Part shown: positions 27,477-38,224 of the stretch, piece by piece | Numbering within the stretch: the stretch's first letter is position 1 | How the letters are laid out: each line of letters begins with the position of its first letter | Assembly (NCBI RefSeq): GCF_001186125.1 | Contig: NW_014040208.1 | Span: 46,638 to 84,861, forward strand | Length of the DNA stretch: 38,224 nt | DNA from: Sphaeroforma arctica JP610 | Taxonomy: Eukaryota | Direction: 5' to 3' | Translations under genes and position numbers: made by a program | The notes under the pieces: generated by a model | Told to the model about the DNA's origin: nothing | The model's input: the letters and a program-made list of their open reading frames with translations, nothing else | The model's database searches: none

Positions 27477-30400
27477 GTATCATGTATATGTGTATATATG
27501 AAACCCACCTGAAGTCGAGCGTTTGTATATATACATTCATTTTCTAATTGATGGTATACACATAAATTGCACACACATGCATGTGTAGATACCCACCTGT
27601 AATGGAGTGTTGTGGAGTAGGATTGAGTGTATGCGCGTACGCCAAGACTGGCGGAATAGGGGTTGCCCCATCCACTACCGCATCTGGCTGGTGAAGGAAG
27701 TCACCCTCATACCTGGGCCACCCGTAGTTGCCGCCTAAAAAAGTAGTCAGAAAACGCCGACCATGAAAATCAAAACTTACTGTGCATATGTTGATATTCA
27801 ATACAAATCGACCCGTTACAGGTTTCTAAAATCGCTGACGAGATAGTTTCAGTTGATGGTGCCAAAAATCTGATAACACGGGGCATGTGAGCTGTTCCAG
27901 AACTTAAATATATATCATGAAGATGTTGGTTTTTGCGTGTATCGTAGAAGACTGTTCTCTCAGTATGCGCTGGAGTGTCCGTATGACAAGTCAAATACAA
28001 AGCTCAAAATGGTTCCAATATATCTGACATGAAAAAGAATTCGCGTGTACTTGAGTGCGTCAGGAAACTTGGTTTCTACACAGCGCGTGGGGTGCGGGCA
28101 CACGACCCTCTGGAAGCCTGCCCCAGTTTCTGAGGAACAACTCCCATCGTCTGAGGGTTTAGGGGTTTAGAGTTCAGGGGTTTCTCACAAAAACCTGGTT
28201 TCTGAGGACCAGCTCCCGTAGGAAAACGGTTTAGGGGTTTGGGGTTCAGGGGTTTCTCACAAAAACCTGAGCGATTGCCAGAGTTTCCCTCCTACAACCC
28301 TGACCCTCTGCAATTGTCTCTCAGAAATGGTTTTCTCTCGAAATGGGTTTCTCTCAGAAATGGTTTTCTCTCGAAATGGGTTTCTCTCAGAAATGGTGTT
28401 CTCTCATGAAAACTTCATTTATCATCCAGCGACAACTTCTAGAGGACCATGCTACAACTATACATCGTTCGCCCAAGCCTGACTCTCAAATATTTGCTTG
28501 AGTTCTTTCACGATACCCGCCTAGCCGACAGGCAATGCGGAGGTAAAGCTACTATCACCGTAGGACTAGACGACTGAACCAAGGTTTCGAGATACAAACT
28601 GAGCGTGACAACGTACGTATATGAAGTACACCGAATACGCTAACTCTTTGAATATGAAGTTAATCGTACGGACTAGAAGTTTCCAGATTGTAATTGAGCG
28701 TAACAACGCACGTGTAGATAAAACACCCAATACGCTGACAGATATGAATTCTTTGAAAATGGAGTTCATCGAAGGATTAAGAGACTGAACGAAAGTTCCC
28801 GGATACTACTTGGCGTGTATATGATACACACACAATGCGTTAAAAGATATAAATTCTTTGGAAATGGAGTTCATCGAAGGATTAAGAGACTGAACGAAAG
28901 GTCCCAGATACTACGTGGCGTGTATGTGGGACACACCCAATACGCCAACTTTTTGAACATGAAGCTCATCGCACGACTAAAAAGAATGAACAAAGATACC
29001 AGATCCAAGCGAACCACCACAATCACAGTCACGTATGGCTCACCTTTTTGGATCAGACTCACTTCTTCCGCTCTGTTCTGGCCTACATCACCGCATAGTA
29101 AATAGGTCGGTCGTCGCGGGTCGAAATCACATCTCCAGGGATTACGCAGTCCATTGGCCCATATTTCTGGGCGCGCTCCCTTGTTAATAAAAGACAGAAC
29201 CAGAACGACAAGAGAAGAAAGAAGGAGTCGACCCACCATGAGAAATATATTAGGCACAGCTGTTTGCGCATACAATGAAGTACGTTAGGGGTTTTAGGGT
29301 TTTTAGCTCTATAAAGCGGCTTCGGGTTGGTGGTTAGAGAAGTGTCGGGACAACATCGAGTCCATACCCGTACGTTGACGAACGGGTTGTCCAGAGGTAC
29401 TCTGTAAGGGGCCCCTGGCCATGGCTCTGATACGTCTACGCGAAGCGCCTTCCCGAGAAGTTTGGTCATGTCCTGGCTGTATTGTTTGGGATCGTTTCCA
29501 GCCCCTCCATCGCCGAGGAAGATGTAAAGATATCCATCCTGTGCGTTAACGGAAACAAAAGTGCGATAGCAGAATGAGTGCTACCCCCAGTAAATGGTAG
29601 CAGGAGGGGGTTTTAGGGCTTAGGCTTTAGGTATAGGGTTTTTAAAACTATAGCAGGAAAAGGTTTAGGGTTCAAGTGCTACCCCAGAAAAGTGTAGCCA
29701 AAAAATGGATTAAAATCTGAGTGTAGTGATACGGATCGTTCCCCGCCCCTCCATCACCAAGAATTATATCAACTCATCCATCCGGTGACACAGAAGCACA
29801 AGTGCGATAATAGGGCTAATTCTGTGTTTACTGATCTGCTGGGGAGGAGGTTTTTGGAACATGATATGTGACAAACAGTCAGATTCTATCACATCTGAAT
29901 TGAATGAGGGCGTTCCAGGCACTTCGTCGTTGAGGAAGAGATACATTTACCCATCCTGTAGTATGAGCACACTAACACTATTACCAAAAAAAAAAAAAAG
30001 ATTGTAATACGCAGACGTGGGCCAAGGATTTGTAAGCAGAACTGGACTGGACAAGACAAAAGCACTTGTTCGTCTCAGTCCGTACTTCGCTGCAAATGCA
30101 CCATTTGCATTCGATGAACAAACTGTAAAGAGCGAGTACCCTGACGAGTGGTGTCGAAGCGCCCTCCTTCCTAGATGAAAGGTTTGAAGTTCCTGTGCTA
30201 CTTTTTGCAATAAATAATCCCTGTTGGTGCGCATCAGCTACCATGCAATGCAACACCTTCCCGACAATACGCTCAACATCTATACTACGCTGACAAAGCT
30301 TCTGCCCACTCATTCAGGCTTGAACTCTATACCAAAACGCAGCGAGGATGATGTGCTGGTGAACGTACCTCAGGGCCAAACAGAATTTCGCCACCATTGT

Positions 30401-32257
30401 GGTTGCCGTATGGCTGTTGTACTCGTAGCACATTCGTGATAGATAGGACTGCGTAGCTCATCGGCGAGACAACCAGAGACTGGATGAGCCCCACATGGTC
30501 CATCTGACAGGGCCTGCGGGTGCAAAACAGGTAGGTAAGATGGAGTGTGTCCAAGCAAACCTCTGTCTGTATCAGCCATAGGCGGTAGTTGTAGACGCTC
30601 ATTTACACAGTATATTACTCGAAATAAGTAGCACACTCTAAATTACCCATAGAAGATAGTTGTATTCACTTATTCACACATTAAATTTATTTGAACTAAA
30701 TAACATGCTCCCTGATAAAAGGGGTTGTGATATACTACAAAACACTTTAAACCAGTGTGCATATGTAGAGCCTTGCATGTCAAGGCAAGTTAGTTAGCCA
30801 GGTAGAGTACTTACGAGACCAGTCCATAGAGCACTCGGCACTGCGCGGATCTGATATGATTTGTTTCACATCACAGAGTTTGGTTCGTAGCACACTTAAC
30901 AAATAGCACCGTGTGAATCTATAGTATTTACACTAGGGCGTCTACCATAAATGTTACTGCCAGGAAGTGGCTCGGCAAAACGTTATACTTTCTTCGCATC
31001 GCACCTTTTGCTTGTCACACGCACAAACTCCTTCTCTGGTGCACGCAAGTATGGGTAACGAAATGCACACCCAACTCGGATATACAAAGCCTATATGGTA
31101 ACTTAAACGCAACACGGGCCTGATCGACACACACAACATGATACAGGCATCATCAGAGCTATGGATACAGATGACGCCAGTGGGCCTATGGGTCGCTAGG
31201 CGGCATTAAATGCCGGTGTACCTGCAATCTGCGGCAAGAACTAGAACGGCGGTGGGGACAGAGGGTACGCACAGACATCGACTCAAATAAATGGCTAATT
31301 CAGTAAATAAATGGCTTATTCGATTTTTGTACAACAGGAATATGCATACCGGCTGGAAAAAATGGGTGATGAAACGTATTCATTCAGCACATATAAACGT
31401 ATCTGCTACCAAAATTGGGTGACGAATGGTGTACGTTCAGTACACATAACGTGCCTGCTACACATGACACGATTTAGATAATACAAATTAACGTACCTTA
31501 TACACAAAGCAGGTATTGACAAAAGACCCTAAACCCTAAACCGTATTCGTGTAATACAGATAAGCGTACCTGCTCGGTAGCAGGGGCTCATCGTCGCAGC
31601 CGGATGGGAACTCACAGCCATCGGCACAGGTGCGTTGGCAATCGGCGTGGATGAGTGGATTGCAGGAGTAGTGTACGTACACTCTATAAGAATAAGTTGA
31701 GAAAGCATGTGTTACTGGTTCTGTGTCATCTACAAAGTAGATCACACATGAAATACGCACAAGTGCGGTTCGAGCCTTTCATCACTGAGGCTGGATGTTC
31801 GGATGGGCCGAACTCGTTGGAATGCTGTTCTGCCAATCTGGTACCCATGTTGTGTAACACAGACGAAACTAGAAGTAGTGTAGAAGGCTACTACGTGGCC
31901 AAAAACAAAAACAAAAAAGTGTAACAAGTGGGCTCAAACTGTCTCGATTTTGAACCATAACCCGTCCACGTGGTGGTAAAAGCGCTGACTAGCATAGAAA
32001 AACTCCAAACCTAATTCTCAAACTTTTGTAGGTGCTTGTTTTTACACATACCTCCAATTATTAAGATAATTCGGATCGAATGCAAAACCTGCCAATTAAT
32101 AGTATAGTGAAGTATAGTGAAAAGAGAATGAGTATCAAGCCAAGCGGCACTACTAGCTGATCTAAATATCAGAGTGCGTAAGTTGACATCTTATGCCTGC
32201 TAACAATCGAGTTACAAAACTCACATCGGAATCTATAAGAACATATGCTACAGATAA

Positions 32258-32304
<47 letters not shown>

Positions 32305-33244
32305 TGCACACACACACCACACANNNNNNNNNNNNNNNNNNNNNNNNNNNNNNNNNNNNNNNNNNNNNNNNNNNNNNNNNNNNNNNNNNNNNNNNNNNNN
32401 NNNNNNNNNNNNNNNNNNNNNNNNNNNNNNNNNNNNNNNNNNNNNNNNNNNNNNNNNNNNNNNNNNNNNNNNNNNNNNNNNNNNNNNNNNNNNNNNNNNN
32501 NNNNNNNNNNNNNNNNNNNNNNNNNNNNNNNNNNNNNNNNNNNNNNNNNNNNNNNNNNNNNNNNNNNNNNNNNNNNNNNNNNNNNNNNNNNNNNNNNNNN
32601 NNNNNNNNNNNNNNNNNNNNNNNNNNNNNNNNNNNNNNNNNNNNNNNNNNNNNNNNNNNNNNNNNNNNNNNNNNNNNNNNNNNNNNNNNNNNNNNNNNNN
32701 NNNNNNNNNNNNNNNNNNNNNNNNNNNNNNNNNNNNNNNNNNNNNNNNNNNNNNNNNNNNNNNNNNNNNNNNNNNNNNNNNNNNNNNNNNNNNNNNNNNN
32801 NNNNNNNNNNNNNNNNNNNNNNNNNNNNNNNNNNNNNNNNNNNNNNNNNNNNNNNNNNNNNNNNNNNNNNNNNNNNNNNNNNNNNNNNNNNNNNNNNNNN
32901 NNNNNNNNNNNNNNNNNNNNNNNNNNNNNNNNNNNNNNNNNNNNNNNNNNNNNNNNNNNNNNNNNNNNNNNNNNNNNNNNNNNNNNNNNNNNNNNNNNNN
33001 NNNNNNNNNNNNNNNNNNNNNNNNNNNNNNNNNNNNNNNNNNNNNNNNNNNNNNNNNNNNNNNNNNNNNNNNNNNNNNNNNNNNNNNNNNNNNNNNNNNN
33101 NNNNNNNNNNNNNNNNNNNNNNNNNNNNNNNNNNNNNNNNNNNNNNNNNNNNNNNNNNNNNNNNNNNNNNNNNNNNNNNNNNNNNNNNNNNNNNNNNNNN
33201 NNNNNNNNNNNNNNNNNNNNNNNNNNNNNNNNNNNNNNNACAAC

Positions 33245-33339
<95 letters not shown>

Positions 33340-36300
33340 TAAATATCCATAACAGAAAGACAGTATGAAAATCTATATTAAAAATCTCTGCAGATGCTAC
33401 ACTTGGAAAAGTACAGTACAGATATACAACCAACAGCGACGGTACTAACCTCCACCCCGTCTAATAAACCCGCAGGAAGATGACTGAACTGATTGACAGC
33501 CCTCAGGAAAGTCATATACGAGTTTGCCACACTACAACCACATGTCAATATATAAATAGTACAAAACAAAATATATCAGGATGAACAATCACAACGCACA
33601 TCACATACCAGTTTGATGCACCACCAGGGATTTGTAGTTCACATCCTAGTTTGTCTACAACCATATGTCATTCTATAAATAGCACAGAACGAGAATACAC
33701 CAGGATGACCTATCACAACGCACATCACATACCAGTTTGATGCACCACCAGGAATTTGTTTGCGTTCCCAGGGTAGGCAACGATCTTCAACGGACTCGGA
33801 ACATCACTCGGTTGCTGTCCAATCAGCCTTCAGAATAACAACACATACATGCACATAGGTCCAGACTCGTCAGTACGAGAGTAAGTAATATATATATATA
33901 TATATGAAATATCTATAGCATATAAAAGAGATGGATGCATACATACAGCGGGGTGGTCTGAAACACCCGATCCGGGATGTGATTAAGCATGAAGCAATGG
34001 ATCTAACAATTGAACCAGGTTGAACTCATCAGGGACGCGTCGATAAAACAGTCGGCGGCTATTTCTGGTCGTTCGATACGCAAGCATACATTCCTAAAAA
34101 ATTTAAAAGCATACAGTCTTATACTATATATAGGCATGTAAGTGCTTTAGTTTCGGCCACATACTGTTCCACGCAGATCGCAAGGTTATCCTCGGCGTTC
34201 GCTGTAAGGGAATAGAGGCAACATTACTACTTTGTATAGAAACTATATATAGAATTGATAGTTGGTAGTGCTCAAACGCTGGACGCAGCTGCCAAATAGG
34301 TCATTCAGTGTTAACTACCTATGTATCAATAGAGGCATGTGCTCAATCCGAGCTTAAATAAGAACACATGCCAGGGCAACAATACTACTATAAATATACA
34401 CTGTTTATAGAATTGAAATTCGGTAATGCGCGAACGCCACAATCACAAGGGATCCAGCTGCCAAATGGGTCATTCAGTGTTAACTACCTATGTATCAATA
34501 GATGAATGTATTTCATCGGAGCTTAACTAGAGCACATGTCAAGGTCAGGGCGTATCTACCACCCTATCCCGATAAACAAGTCCGTTCGAATGCGATGACC
34601 TCATATTCGCTGAATTACCCAAGTTATTTGACTACATCTCACGAGTAACCTTCCCATAGTATACATACTTTGTTTCTCGTTCTGCCGAAATTTGAATCTA
34701 ACCCTATAAAATAATAGGTGTAAAGATATGAGATACACCTTAGTACATACTTTGCGTTGAGTTGTCAACCGGCGCCGTGGCGAAGGCATCAACCACTGAC
34801 ATGCCCGAATAGCAGTACGAGGATACGTCGGCTGCAGCCACCCCACAGAAATCATTCCCAGTAGGGTATGCTTCCGCCAGAGTAGTTCCATTTCCTGCGT
34901 AGTAGGGAGCATGGGTGAGTTATATACCTATGCGAGAACAGAAAGCCTTGGGCACATACGTATCAATTCACCACAACAAAGCTGAACTTTACTATACCCT
35001 CTCGTATAGATGGATAAGTAGAGGGTCAAAGTATGATAGAGCCTTCCGAGCAAAAGTATAGGCGATATCTCAGACTATGACCCACATCAAGAAGGACAAC
35101 CTCAGATACCTAATACACGCTCACACAACCACATATGGTAGCACAGACCTGTGTAATTTGACCCCACAAGGGATCTTAAGCTGACGATGCTTTCATTCTT
35201 GCAGGCTTCATAAACCATACTACAGTACGCCTCGCACAGCATAGGGACCTGCGACAAGTGTGAACATAGTACACTCTCAGAAGAAAAACCAAGTTCAAAG
35301 TTTCACAAACCACGTGTGTCCAAGTGGTCAAACCATCGAAGTGGATACCAACACAACCTTAGCATTGATACTCAATTGGAAACACACACTAAGAAAATTC
35401 GAGGCATTTTATCCCAAAGTATTGTGGCCTCGCTGTCTCTGAGATTTTAAAAAGCACTACAGCTCGGCGTAGAATTCGAATGGCTTACCTTTCGATCCTC
35501 AAACGTCTCAGTGCCAAAGAGATGGGCGGAGTACTGGTCACAGGATGAGCATAGTATTTGCTTCAGGTAGGATTGGCACTCAGGGTTTACTATTGTCAAT
35601 GCGGCCGCTGGTTGCGCAAAACAGGCAATTGCATGAGAAGACATACCAAGAACCTTATAGATGAGACGGGATAGTTCTCCGTTCCACCTCAATGTAGTTA
35701 ATTAGACTCATCAACCTGAGGCGACGGTATAACTAATTAAGGCACGAGGTACGCCAGTTGTGCGTTTGGAATTGATGGGATTTACGGTATATATGACTCA
35801 ACAGTGCAGGCAGACACCCATGGGACGGTGCAACACAGCAATATCAGACTCTCCTTATTTATCTACAACCAACTGACACAATAAATGCATTATATTGGCA
35901 GTATATACATGGCGGGTATATACCTACCTTCGTGCGCGACCCGCAGTACATTCTCGGACTCTACGGTACAACATGACTCATTGAATCGGTACTCTGGCTC
36001 GTCACACCATTGAAGCGAGGGGTTTGCAATTGCCGGCGCTGCGATAGGACCAAGATAGGGTTTAGGCAGTATATTCCAGGATAGAGACACATGTATAGGG
36101 GTATCTGAAGTGACTGAAATCAGGGAAATTCCTGAGGTGTTGCACTCCAAGTGAATGTACTTATATGTCGAAGAACGCACAGACAGAACTTAAAAACCAG
36201 AGGATAAAGTTAATGTTCATACTGCGCCTATAGAAAAGGCTATGTTCCTTGGTCAAAAAAGCTATGTGCAACATACTACTGCTATTTGTTCCGCTGTTAA

Positions 36301-36834
36301 ATATACCACGCATGTCCCACAAATCGCCCAAATATATGTATAGTGACAGATGAGATACGTACGTATGTAGTAACATGTATACTATGTGCACCGATAAGCA
36401 TGTACATGTGCACCCATGCACACGTACAAACATACACATAATCACAGAGACACAGACACACAAACACACACAAACACACAAACACACACACACAAACACA
36501 CACACACATACAAACGTGTAAATACAATCACATACATAAGCGTGTACGTGTACAAACACACACACACAAATGTGGACACACACAAACACACACAAAGATA
36601 TAGGCTTACATAGATGCCCACAGACACCCACAGATCCTCACCCCCTCCCTTCCCTCTCTCCCTTTCGCACGGGATAGGTGTTGTTCGAAACGATTATACC
36701 AAACAATAACCGAATGCAACCATGAGTGATCGCCTACCTGTGAAATCCTGGCAGAGTGGATGCCCTACTACGAAGGACGTTAAAACCAGAGGTACCAACA
36801 GGTATACAGACACACTTAAGCATCGCAACATCAT
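25023..36834 (-). CDS. HHIPL: HHIP-like / HIPL1-type secreted protein (signal peptide + folate-receptor-like cysteine-rich domain + glucose/sorbosone dehydrogenase beta-propeller), >=16 exons
   Basis: Exons 36834-36738, 36038-35928, 35607-35489, 35248-35149, 34894-34751, 34201-34165, 33827-33733, [missing exon(s), probably in gap 32324-33239], 32088-32052, 31683-31570, 30513-30369, 29538-29368, 29179-29044, 27734-27597, 26326-26213, 25840-25749 and 25139-25023. A further exon 24906-24867 is possible. 588 aa visible. Motifs [114 protein letters not shown]. Confidence 0.9.
26469..27476. repeat. Compound microsatellite (TA)n-(TACA)n-(CT)n-(CA)n-(ACAGAC)n spanning N-gap 26713-27229
   Basis: Direct inspection. 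Confidence 0.95.
28126..28269 (+). repeat. 72-bp tandem duplication containing TTTAGGGG-like G-tracts (intronic)
   Basis: 28126-28197 and 28198-28269 both read gtttctgagga...ggtttaggggttt..agttcaggggtttctcacaaaaacctg. Confidence 0.9.
28317..28406 (+). repeat. 16/17-bp minisatellite, ~5 copies (alternating 33-bp dimer)
   Basis: tctctcagaaatggttt alternating with tctctcgaaatgggtt. Confidence 0.95.
28628..28985 (+). repeat. ~95-105-bp intronic tandem repeat, ~3.5 copies
   Basis: Units start acac[c/a]caat[a/g]cg at ~28628, 28723, 28828 and 28933. The two middle units share aaatggagttcatcgaaggattaagagactgaacgaaag. Confidence 0.85.
32258..33339. repeat. (CA)n/(TA)n microsatellites flanking N-gap 32324-33239
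   Basis: Direct inspection. Confidence 0.9.
33532..33759 (-). repeat. ~104-bp duplication covering an exon 3' end and its splice donor
   Basis: 33532-33635 vs 33655-33759 (offset 123-124). Both contain acatcacataccagtttgatgcaccaccagg. Confidence 0.9.
34225..34547 (+). repeat. ~155-165-bp intronic tandem duplication
   Basis: 34225-34379 vs 34383-34547 share cagctgccaaat[a/g]ggtcattcagtgttaactacctatgtatcaataga. Confidence 0.85.
36410..36632. repeat. Degenerate CA-rich microsatellite in HHIPL intron 1
   Basis: Direct inspection. Confidence 0.85.
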
Positions 36835-37595
36835 TCTGGATATAACGTAAGCGCTACTGACATGGAACCATAATCTCGGAATGTTTTTATGCAATACAAT
36901 AATAATATAAACAATACATAAGATGGTAGAAAAATGCACATGCTATCGCATTGGTTTACAGTTAAAAAACGTCAATTGTTACATGAATGTAGCGGCAAGA
37001 ATGAGTGAATTTTATACGTTATAACGTATAAAAGATGTACTGCTTACTCGGGAACTACATACACCCAGTTAAAATCACGATGGTACGAAAATAGCATAAA
37101 CGTTTGCTATAACAAACGGTTTGACGAGAGTGATTATGTAATGATAAAGATCATGACCGATAAATTACGCTCATGCGGAGTAGATTTTGTTCAAATTAGG
37201 TGACATAAAAACATGACACATCGCTCCACTGTAAAGCACTATAGTTACATTCCTTACCCTCGATTGGTTGCTAGGGGGTTTAACCTTTTTCCTCCTCACC
37301 AATTGTGTTGTTTATTTACGTAAGCCATAGGCCATAAGGCTGTTCTATGTTTTAACATCAATTTCGACAAAGTAAGCCTTAATTGCGAACCAATGTATGG
37401 TATGACGGTATAACCGACTTTTTATATGTCTAACATATTGGATTCCTGAGGTTGTGCACTGTATTGGATTTGGTTCTTCACACGTCGGTGTTCTATTTAT
37501 AACGGTAGACCATTTTTCAGGGTGAGAACATACAAGTAGTGTAGTCGAGTGGTGCTCTAAATACATATACGCACACTTATCCAAATTAATCGAAG

Positions 37596-37797
37596 ATGCG
37601 TACTTTCTGGGCTTTGATAAATGGTTGTGCCAAAATACGAACACAGTGGGTGGTGCTGTTTTTAGCGTTGCTGATATGCATCAACTTTGTCATCGATGGA
37701 AGCATATCGCCTTTCTCGTCAACCACATCGCACAAGCGAATACCGCGCTTGACTATCAAGCATGGTTTGCCGGACAGGCCTGGACCGCTAAACAAAA
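37596..37797 (+). CDS. Probable first coding exon of a divergently transcribed gene with an N-terminal membrane anchor (type II membrane or secretory protein)
   Basis: ATG 37596, MRTFWALINGCAKIRTQWVVLFLALLICINFVIDGSISPFS...: a basic N-tail, a hydrophobic helix and a Ser/Pro stem. Donor GTAAGG at 37798. CCAAT boxes at ~37263 and ~37299 and an upstream donor-like GTAAGC at ~37320. No catalytic domain visible in the window. Confidence 0.5.
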
Positions 37798-38139
37798 GTA
37801 AGGCTATCCTCTGGATTTAAATTCAATTTTCTAACAATCACCAATGACACAAATTCATGTGTTATTGACTGGTCGCCAGATTCGTAACATTTGATACTTC
37901 CCGTCACCTTTTAAATCAGTGCTGTATGTGTAGCACTTTTTCTTCATGCTCAGAGTTGAATCTGGTTTACACCATATTGAGTGTTCCTTTCTGCGCTTGC
38001 GCGTTATGCGGGGTAGTTCACTCAGCTTCAGGTCGGGAAAGTAGTTATTGTAAAATCTATCAGTATCCGTACAGTAGAATACGCAATCACACTCATTGAT
38101 TTTTATAGCTCATGTACACATATGGAAACATACACGGAG

Positions 38140-38174
38140 ACACACACACACACGCACACATACCCACGAACAGA

Positions 38175-38219
<45 letters not shown>
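38140..38219. repeat. (CA)n microsatellite
   Basis: Direct inspection. Confidence 0.95.
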
Positions 38220-38221
<2 letters not shown>

Positions 38222-38224
38222 CAT

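Noticed and set aside
26402..27574. Long ORFs (294-344 aa), also those at 32162-33433, 15166-15814, 20945-21315 and 36161-36631
   Set aside because: Artefacts of CA/TA microsatellites and N-gaps (HTHT, CVCV, YIYI and X runs) inside introns.
30810..31230. Several AG/GT-bounded micro-exon candidates
   Set aside because: Exon 31683-31570 joins 30513 in phase, giving the family-like RPCQMDH; the candidates show no similarity and cause phase conflicts.
33940..34094. Candidate extra HHIPL exon ([10 protein letters not shown]...)
   Set aside because: It has an in-frame stop before any good donor; exons 34201-34165 and 33827-33733 already join in phase with a family-like sequence.

Overview
Eukaryotic genomic DNA: intron-rich, rich in CA/TA microsatellites, with five N-gaps. 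The cyclin sequences and the compact introns suggest a unicellular opisthokont or protist (inference only). Bases 1-~12,000 are a nested transposon graveyard: an LTR end, a possible gag relic, a decayed pogo/Fot1-type DDD transposase, and a decayed tyrosine-recombinase (DIRS/Ngaro-type) retrotransposon. That retrotransposon is interrupted by a TG...CA LTR with a TTAA target-site duplication and carries a 268-bp internal RT duplication; several repeat arrays follow it. The rest is gene space. A 6-exon cyclin K (minus strand) lies head-to-head with an 11-exon cyclin B (plus strand, D-box, with a Myb/MSA-CCAAT-E2F-like promoter). Next is a secreted HHIP-like/HIPL1-type gene of at least 16 exons (minus strand; folate-receptor-like cysteine-rich domain plus glucose/sorbosone dehydrogenase propeller), whose introns contain repeated local duplications of its own splice junctions. 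Last is the probable first exon of a divergent membrane-anchored protein. All gene models were spliced by eye with GT-AG boundaries and phase checks. I see no convincing wholly new biological system; the best leads are listed as findings.
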